A DNA stretch of 64,000 nt from Owenia fusiformis (lineage: Eukaryota), in contig CAIIXF020000001.1 of assembly GCA_903813345.2 (NCBI GenBank), positions 682,001 through 746,000 on the forward strand. The letters are read 5' to 3'. The notes under the pieces are model-generated. The model worked only from the letters and a program-made list of their open reading frames with translations. It was not told the DNA's origin and did no database searches. Within the stretch, counting starts at the first letter, position 1; each line of letters starts with the position of its first letter. Shown here one piece after another: positions 56,001-64,000 of this stretch. Made by a program: the position numbers and the translations under genes.

Positions 56001-57218
56001 ATAATTTCTCATGATGACCATGACTTTATAACTAGAATAAATTACGTCTCAACCACTCTCTGTTGTACTTTTGTCAAAAAAATATTTGGTGTTATCTTTG
56101 AAATTGAAATTTCAGAGCTCCACCGACTGGCATTACTTGGTCATCAATTGTGATTGGAACGCTTTGCGGTACGTCATCGAGTGTAAGACCGAAGTCGGCA
56201 CCCAGAACAGAAGAGGAACGCCAGTCGTACAGGACCTTGAGCGAGATATGTACGGTAAATATTCAAATGTACACATAGCGAGTGGGCCATTTTATATAGC
56301 ATATGATGATGCATCAATGTAAAGATACTTGTGTATGTGAGGTAGGGCTCCATTCTTTGGCAATCTGGATCTAATTAATGGCATTCAAGTTTCTCTACAT
56401 TTTTTCCCCTAATACATATTGCAGACTCCTATACCCCAGATTCTTTCAAATGTATATGATACTTGTCATCTCAGAAATCAAATTATTTGTAATGGTAAAT
56501 CATATCAAGTTCAAATGAAACCGCTACAAACAATATAAAGCAGGACAAAGTGGGAACAGCAAAGCAAAAGTGTTTGCCAACAGCAGTAATTTGAATAAAC
56601 AAACTCAACCTTTTCTATTCCCATTCCTAGAAATTAATATTGAGTGTTTGCTTTTGTTATGTGATAATTTTGCCTTTGTTTTTCTATGATATTAAAGCGG
56701 ATTTTCGGATGCACGTGTTTAACATTTGAAGACAGATATTGTTTGCATGGAGAAAAATATTTGATATTATTCGAATTAAAGAAAAATATATAATTTTACA
56801 TTCGTATATCGCAAATATATAAGGGACCATTTGATACTCCTGCTAAATAAATAAAAATGTATATTTATTATTATTATTTTATTGTAGCTCTCGAAGGAAC
56901 AAAATGCCCCCTTACCGTTGGTCAATTTACGGGAGATATTGATGACGTAAGTAGGTCACGTGTTAAAGTGAGAATCACAACTCAATGGTGTAAGATCGGC
57001 ATCGATTAACTATTTCCAATCGTTCTTTATCAATTGCAATTATAGTTTATTTATATTGTCCAACAGGGCATTGTTCAATAGAAGGGGTCATTCTAGATAA
57101 CATAAAATATGTACACGATTGTTTTTTCCAGTTTGTCATTTGTCAGTTCCCTTGGACTGATGACGACACTGCAGATTGGATCAATAACCCTGACAAGGTG
57201 CCACGAAACAGGCATTAG
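47023..57218 (+). CDS. Secreted chitin-binding (ChtBD2/CBM14) plus laminin-G/ConA-like domain protein, Pif/BMSP-like; 13 coding exons, 410 aa
   Basis: Exons 47023-47098, 49848-49951, 50136-50244, 53013-53063, 53348-53446, 53715-53810, 54643-54767, 55077-55198, 55458-55581, 55774-55815, 56116-56254, 56888-56946, 57132-57218 join in phase into a 1233-nt ORF. All introns are GT-AG except a GC-AG after 53810. Signal peptide MMLWLFVLAVPAVIA. ChtBD2 reads CKTGYFKADTDNCCSYHQC..RWCWEPMVWNEESCTCDFP. Second Cys module CPDAMDFDLATCCC. LamG-like C-terminus DWHYLVI..CPLTVGQFTGDIDDFVIC. AATAAA at 57367. Confidence 0.9.
49395..49500 (-). repeat. Dispersed repeat family X, inverted copy in intron 1 of the Pif-like gene
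   Basis: Reverse complement of the 13339-13430 segment. Confidence 0.85.
50398..50771. mobile_element. Harbinger-like MITE (same family as 20609-21614), internally deleted copy
   Basis: CTCCCTATCACATCAAACTAG ... CTAGTTTGGTGTGATAGTAGGG. Internal CTTCGTTCATAAACA..GTCCATCTCATTCGCAGTT matches 20721-20766. Confidence 0.85.
51035..51410. mobile_element. Imperfect palindromic MITE inserted in an older Harbinger-like copy
   Basis: Arms ATATTTTTAC..GTCCTCTTTTG..GGTAATAT..TTTTTCATAAA..ATATAAGC.AACCCC..GTTTTCATGATT and its reverse complement AATCATGAAAAC..GGGGTTCGCTTATAT..TTTATGAAAAA..ATATTACC..CAAAAGAGGAC..GTAAAAATAT. Confidence 0.75.
51490..52236. mobile_element. Harbinger-like MITE with both termini, nested at a TTA inside an older copy of its own family
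   Basis: TTA|CCCTACTATCACACCAAACTAG ... CTAGTTGGGTGTGATAGGGGGGGGGG|TTA. The right half matches about 21230-21600. Confidence 0.88.
52342..52754. mobile_element. Imperfect palindromic MITE interrupting another Harbinger-like copy (52297-52962)
   Basis: AACAAAAGTT..AAAATGGATTCT..GAATCTACTT..TCGATCAACTTGAGTTCT is mirrored by AGAACTCAAGTTGATCGA..AAGTAGATTC..AGAATCCATTTT..AACTTTTGTT. Confidence 0.75.
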
Positions 57219-57366
57219 ACTGAACGAAAAGACTATCCATTGTTACTACATTGTCGGATACCCCATCTGGTTCAGATATACGTGTCTTTTGTTTATAAAT
57301 ATGTTTTGTAAAAAATGAACATGTCCAACCCATTTGTTCCATGGTCATGTTCTGGTAAATTGAACC

Positions 57367-57372
57367 AATAAA
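57367..57372 (+). terminator. Probable polyadenylation signal of the Pif-like gene
   Basis: AATAAA 149 nt after the stop codon, followed by T-rich sequence. A second AATAAA lies at 57498-57503. Confidence 0.6.
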
Positions 57373-57938
57373 CTTGAGAACTGAAAAATTTAATTTTTAT
57401 AATTTATGTTTTGGTTTCTACTTACTATAATTTGTATAAGGACGTTTGGTCACCTTGTGCGCGGCAAAGGATAATTAGATTTTTGAATAACAGTGGTAAT
57501 AAATGTATAAAAATAGAGTTTTGAATAAGGACAGGTTGAAATTGTATTATCGTTAATCATATACACTTGCAGTAAAACCTCTCAAGTGGAACACCTCCTA
57601 GAACCTTCATTTCGAAGGCAGATACAGGTAGATATAATTATGGCCCTCGTGAAAGTATTTAGACTAATAATACTGAAATGTTTAAAATGCTGTTTTGTTA
57701 AACTACTTTTAAGTATCAGATGTAGGACTTTTCATTGAAATATATTTCAAACAGGTGAGGCATAAAGCATCCATTGCCAGTGGGATACATCTTTGACATT
57801 GCGCTGTTCTCTTCCACAGTTTGTGACATATCCTGGCAGAACCTGTTTTGTATATACTCTCCTTGACACATATCTATTTTTTATGAAATTAAGCAGGTCC
57901 GTGACGATACATTCACATATAGCAGTGATGAATAATGT

Positions 57939-58645
57939 AATGTATATCAGATAGTCCAGGAAATCGACCAAACTTTATGCATATCCTACGCTTTTCAAAG
58001 AGCAGTTTTATAGATTTCTTATGAAGTTTAGCGGGTCCATTACGATACGTTCATGTATTTCAATGAACAATGGAATGTATATCAGATAGTCCAGGAAATC
58101 GACCAAACTTTATGCATATCCTACGCTTTTCAAAGAGCAGTTTTATAGATTTCTTATGAAGTTTAGCGGGTCCATTACGATACGTTCATGTATTTCAATG
58201 AACAATGGAATGTATATCAGATAGTCCAGGAAATCGATCAAACTTTATGCATATCCTACGTTTTTCAAAGAGCAGTTTTATAAATTTCTTATGAAGTTTA
58301 GCGGGTCCATTACGATACGTTCATGTATTTCAATGAACAATGGAATGTATATCAGATAGTCCAGGAAATCGACCAAACTTTATGCATATCCTACGGTTTT
58401 CAAAGAGCAGTTTTATAGATTTCTTATGAAGTTTAGCGGGTCCATTACGATACGTTCATGTATTTCAATGAACAATGGAATGTATATCAGATAGTCCAGG
58501 AAATCGACCAAACTTTATGCATATCCTACGTTTTTCAAAGAGCAGTTTTATAGATTTCTTATGAAGTTTAGCGGGTCCATTACGATACGTTCATGTATTT
58601 CAATGAACAATGGAATGTATATCAGATAGTCCAGGAAATCGACCA
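57939..58645 (-). repeat. 135-bp tandem repeat (about 5.2 copies) derived from the terminal coding exon and stop of the minus-strand gene
   Basis: AAATCGA(C/T)CA recurs at 57961, 58096, 58231, 58366, 58501 and 58636. Each unit reads VDFLDYLIYIPLFIEIHERIVMDPLNFIRNL* on the minus strand. Confidence 0.97.
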
Positions 58646-61600
58646 CACCCTTGTGTTCTCTGTTAAATTTGCTCATAACCTGGAAATAAAGTGCATACTT
58701 TACAACCACGGAGAAACAAAAATATCAAAATTCAAATGATTCGAAAGCATGTTTTTGGAATACAAAGTTTCGTGCGCACATGAATATGAGAGATGTTGTG
58801 AAATGAGAAAATTACTTGAAAAGAATTAAAGAAATAGTTCTTACATATTCAGTGTTCTCTGGTGATACACCTCCCGCAATGAGGTCTATCCCAAGGTTCC
58901 TAGCTGAAACCTTCCCCGTTGGAACATCAAAGTCCTTCTCGTCCAATAAATAAAACAGCTCCTTTAAGACAAATTTAAAGCAAATTTTCATAAATCTACA
59001 TATAATAAACCGTATTTTAAGTAAACTTGGGAAATATAAATCGACCGATAGATCTGGACACTTTGAACATATAAATGCTAGTGTTTATTTTGCCTTAAAT
59101 CATCTGTTTAAGCAATGATCGTCAGCGTTAATGATGATGGCTGCTCATACGGGACACTGATATAAACAACTTTAAACAACAAATGGCACTTCACATGACA
59201 TTTTTTACCTAGAAATATTTTCTTTTTAGGAATATGTAACAAGCTCATCAATTCATGGGTTTGTTTGTTTGTTTGATTGATTGTGTGTTTGTTAATTAAT
59301 ATGTCAATCAAACTAACCCTGTGCTTACCTTACAACGGTCTGTTTTAATGGTCAATGCCTGGAAGTCCAACTTATTGATCAATTTCCGTACCAGTGGTCT
59401 GCAGATAAAAATATATTCACTTGCCATATACTCAATATATTTTGTTTAAAACGAGTCTCATATTTTAATGTAAACATATTGCTTTTATAATAGCATATAG
59501 TGTCTTGAACTCAAAAAATACTTACTCAACTTGAGTAATTTTCTCAGACAATGCAGCAACGGCACTGAATAATTTGAGATTAATCCTCCTCCTTCCAGGT
59601 AGATCTAGAACCTGGAATTGCACCAATATACTTAACATTAACACTGCAGCAAAAAATAATTATTACATTTTATTAATTACTATATACTACACTAAGTTGA
59701 ACGCTAAATAAATGGTTTTTCAAATCATAAAATATGTAAGCACATGTGAAAAGGAGAAACACAAAAAACATTGTTGAAATAAAACTAAGTACAAAAATAG
59801 AAAGGGTGTGCAACCAGATATAACAAAACGCAACATCCAAAATAATAATATAACTAATAAAGAATGTCTTCTCAAAGAAAGGAAAAGAAAATCTCTAAGT
59901 TAACTGACCAAACTTTTGAAACAAATTAAACAATCTCCGACTAAACAGAACACTGTTCAAGAATAAAACTCACAAATGGAGCAATATTATATATAACCAT
60001 AGGATGAACTTACATGGAATATGAATGCCATTTCACTTTGCGAGATGAGATTATTGTTGATGTGTTGCAAGGCTTCCTCAACCTCAACCAGGTTCATCTC
60101 TAAATCCTCCTGGGGGTTCAATCTTTGATAGAGGGCGCTCTGTTTACGGAGGAACTGGGCATCGTTAGCCTGATCAATCTCATTGCGATGGAATTGATCC
60201 CTACTATATACCAGCATCAATTTCTTTTCGTCTGTCAAACAAAAATGATTAACATGTAAAAACAGTTTTCAATTATCCTTACATTTTTTTAATGCTAACG
60301 ATTTGATTGGTATATTTTAATGAATTACCTGGTGTACATATTTTTTGCTAAATATATAAGATTATAGAAAGGAATATGTTACCTTCGAGGTCTTCTATCC
60401 TATCATCAATCTCGTGTATCTTTTCTTTCATTCTTTCTAACTCAAGATTCATTTGGCTTATATCTGGGTCCGCCTCCAACTGCAATGTCATAAAGACAGT
60501 CATATCTTTAACCATGAATACTTTCTGGGCATAAATACAGTGGTGTTTATTAAAACAATGTGTTTCTTTCAAGTGAAAGCTTGACATTTAATTTGGTCAA
60601 ATTATGAAATTCCCACTGAATCAACCGACTCCCTTTCGAGTTTAATATGTGATCTTAAACTTTACCACAGCGAGACTATGCGTATCTAAACGTTCAATGA
60701 TCATTTCATTGGTTAGAATACGAGGTGAAGTGGGTTCCTCCTCTGCCTGCTCAGTCTCAGCATCACCCGCTGTCTCTTTAGTTTTGGAAGATTTATTCTT
60801 CTTGTCTTTCTTCTGAAATAGGATATTTGTGAGAAGTATAAGTAAATTTTTGTCATAAAAGTGAGTTTGATTGGTCTAGGTTTTACTAATTTTTGCTCAT
60901 TTGTAATTATTAGTTATATCTTGAGGCATTTACCTTTCCTTTTTTCTTTGGAGCAACATAATCGGATCTCATAATTTCAGGGTGGTGCTTGCGTATCATA
61001 GTTATCAATCGGGAGTTTTTGTCGGCTGGAAGATAAAATTCAAATATTTCAATCTCTTACCCTGGTCCAATATACCTCAACTATAAAAATAACAATTTGT
61101 ATCATCAATATACCTTCTTATCTGTAAGTATTAAAAATATATGACTATTATAATTAGCAGCATTTTAAGTCCTAATAATAAGATGTGTTGGCCTGTTACG
61201 TCTATTGACAGAAAATAATGTTCGTATCAAAGTGAATTGTTGGTGTAACTGGTGTGTTGGTTTGGTATTTAGAAGGATTAGTTCATAATTTGCTTTGCCT
61301 CATCAACAGGGTTTTACCATGTATTGCTGAATATCTCCGAACGTACCTTTCAGTTCATCAAGCTTGGCCTGAATGTTGTCGTAACGGTCGTAGTAGTTAT
61401 CCAGTGTATATGAGAGCTTATTAACATACTCGTCGGACTCCCCTAGTCCCTGCATAGCAAAAATGTAACCATAGTTATAATAAGTTATAATTCCAGTTAT
61501 TGTACACAAGACAGACCACGATATACCGAGAGAAATTACAGAAGTAGCATGTACTGAATTGAAAACTAACTTAATTTCAATTCATCTTTTGCATACATCT

Positions 61601-63925
61601 GCAGTTTTAGGTTTTTGATTATAATTTCCAGGGAATTCAAAGACACATATTTGTTAATTTAGGTAATAAACATATACTCACAGTTGCACCTTTGTAAGCG
61701 GGAACCCTGTTGATAAGAGTGTGGTCCGTAATCATTTTCACTTCGTGTGGGGTTATTGCACCATGACCCAAACTTTGTAATTTATCACCATCAGCATCAG
61801 CTTAAAAATAATGAAGTTAACTAAAGCTACATTGCAAAACAAAAAAAGCTGGACAATAAGATTCTTGTTCTCAGAAGATAATACATTGTTACATATATAT
61901 ATATGCATGTACACAGTATGTTAAATACTTACTATTTCCAATAACCATTAGCATATCGGGTAATTCGGTACTGATTGGCTCAGTTTGTCCTTTTGGTATT
62001 CTCGATTCTGGTATGTCATCATAAGGGTAGCCTTGGTTGGCCAGGGTACGGTTAAACACCCTCTCATAGTACGGCATCCGCTCAGGTCTATGATGCAAAA
62101 CATATAATAGTGCGAGATAATGTTGGATTACTATAAGTAATAACGAGAACATCTGGATTATCATAGTGAAAAACAGTAAGGCTAATACTAATAAACATTT
62201 TTTCAAGAGCACTGGGCAGACAACACCAATTTCAATTTGACTTAAATATTTCATTGAACTGACAAATAAACATTAAACGTTTTATTAAAATGATGAAATC
62301 TCAGATCAGAGATCAGAGTTAAAAGACAAACGCGGAAAATCAACTACTTACTGTATGATGCAATATTTAGCAAGGTAATTCAAGGGATCATGCATCGTCC
62401 TAAGATCCTTGGGTTCCTCGTTGGCATTGGGAACATTTCTAGTTCGTCTTCTTTTTGGTTGCCTAAAAACGTCAATTACACTTGTATGAGTTAATTATGA
62501 GTGAGGTGATAAACAATTTTAAGTTAAGTTTAAAAAAACTCAGGCTGTACATTATTTGAATTATTATGCCTATGATATATTTGATAATAGAATGGTGATA
62601 CTAACGAGGCTCTCTTTTTAGCTAACAATTCAGTATTCGTTGGCTTCTTCTGTATGGGAGGATGTTCAATGACAGGTTTCTTCTCTATGGCTGTCTTATT
62701 GTGGTTGTGCTTTGAGGCATCCTAAAAGGCAAAATTGAATTGATGCTTGACTACTTAAGAGTAGACTTTCTTAAAACAAAAAAAACAATGTTTGACAAAT
62801 TACAAGTCATTAATGGACAAGAGATCGATTCAATAAATTACCTCTGGAAATAGCGGCAGCTTTGGTGGTGCAACAACTGGAGCAACCGGAAGTTTTGGAG
62901 GCGCCATTTTGATTGGAGGAGGCTTGAATCTAATTGGTGGCAGCGGTTCTCCTTTTGTTACCTGTAATGTAATTTCTATTAACAATAGTTTCTCATTAAG
63001 GAGTCATCATTTATTCATGGTCGAATAGATCATTACATGATGTTACTATTCGAAGTATGTCTCCAGTCATGTCTTTTTCTATATGTCCTGAACTTACCAC
63101 AACTGCTGGCGTTTGTGGTTTTGAAGGTGGTGGTGTTTCTGGCTTTTCCACAGGGGTCGGAGCTTTCTCTACAATGACCTCCTTTTCCTTTTTCTTGACC
63201 GGTTCCTTCTTCTTGGGTGCTCCCGCTCTCTTCCTCTCGGTGCTTTTCTTACTTTCTTTGATGCTATAGCGAGGTAGCTTAGGGACAGTTGGCTCGGTCT
63301 CCTTCACGGCAGGTTCTAAATCACAAACAATGTAAAATTCCATAAAGTATTTCAACATAAAGGAACTCCTTAGGGGGGTACATGGGCAAACCAGGGAGCT
63401 TCCTTTCAATTTTAAAACGAGTTGTATACCATAGATCTATTATTTTAAATGTTAAGGTTTAAATTATATTATATTCAAATTCTATCACTGTTAACGATAT
63501 ATCTGTTTTAAATGGGCTTATTAGCTTTTTGCAGGTTAATGATGTAGATAATCCTATATTATAAATGGAGTGACACAAAAATGGTATCTCTAATTTTGGA
63601 ATTAACAGTGAAGAAACAGTTCTATACATCCACCAAATCCAAAAAAATTGTAATTTAGAGATTTCGCTGTGTGTAAAGTCGTCCAAAAACGTTATGTAGG
63701 CACATCTTCGACTACCAATGTGGTCATAATACACTTGGTGAAGTTGGAGTTCCTGAAACCTTGTGGAGTGAATCAAGATTACTTATGCTCGGGACTTATG
63801 CATCCATTCGGAAAACAAAATTTAATCAAACTGATTACCTGGAGTGGGGTCCTTGATAGGAGTTACAGCAACTGGTTCTTCACTGAAATCTTCCAGTTCT
63901 GGATCATGGAATATATATCCATGAT
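58548..63925 (-). CDS. Uncharacterised Pro/Lys-rich, coiled-coil protein with EF-hand-like C-terminal region; 16 exons visible (about 661 aa), 5' end outside window
   Basis: Exons (5' to 3') 63925-63839, 63315-63098, 62961-62842, 62721-62606, 62462-62352, 62087-61933, 61800-61682, 61449-61347, 61025-60934, 60812-60666, 60479-60383, 60231-60014, 59611-59526, 59398-59329, 58961-58845, 58679-58548. All introns are GT-AG and phase-compatible, with no internal stop. Motifs DPLNYLAKYCII, INLKLFSAVAALSEK, LFYLLD..GKVS..LIAGGVS and FNREHKGVVDFLDYLIYIPLF (degenerate EF-hand loops). Confidence 0.9.
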
Positions 63926-64000
63926 CTGAAAAACAAGTAAAAATTAATAACCTAATCATTCTATAATGTTGAAATATATGATATAATGTCATATATATAG

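Noticed and set aside
63690..63790. Additional exon of the minus-strand gene
   Set aside because: Candidate frames hit stops or are phase-incompatible, and the flanking exons already join in phase (63839 to 63315).

Overview
AT-rich animal genomic DNA, not prokaryotic; a lophotrochozoan invertebrate is likely, inferred from the Pif-like gene. Almost all long ORFs in the supplied track are artefacts of tandem repeats. The real genes are spliced and largely missed by that track. I reconstructed two convergent multi-exon genes by hand, both with consistent splice phases. (1) A complete 13-coding-exon + strand gene (47023-57218, 410 aa) encoding a secreted protein with a chitin-binding type-2 domain, a Cys-rich module and a laminin-G-like domain (Pif/BMSP-like); it has one GC-AG intron. 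(2) A 5'-incomplete 16-exon - strand gene (63925-58548) encoding a Pro/Lys-rich protein with an EF-hand-like C-terminus, whose last coding segment and stop codon are tandemly amplified (135-bp unit) into its 3' UTR. The first 46 kb has no intact gene I can support. It holds an L1/Tx1 LINE fragment, a decayed Tc1/mariner element, three large minisatellites (48-49, 39 and 35 bp units), a 56-bp array, a 1-kb foldback palindrome from a TTA-targeting MITE family, a CAC...GTG element with a 6-bp TSD, and a diverged segmental duplication. The same MITE family forms a nested stack in intron 3 of gene 1. I found no CRISPR, rRNA or tRNA and no demonstrably new biological system. All family names come from motif recognition, not database searches. 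Repeat boundaries and copy numbers are approximate.
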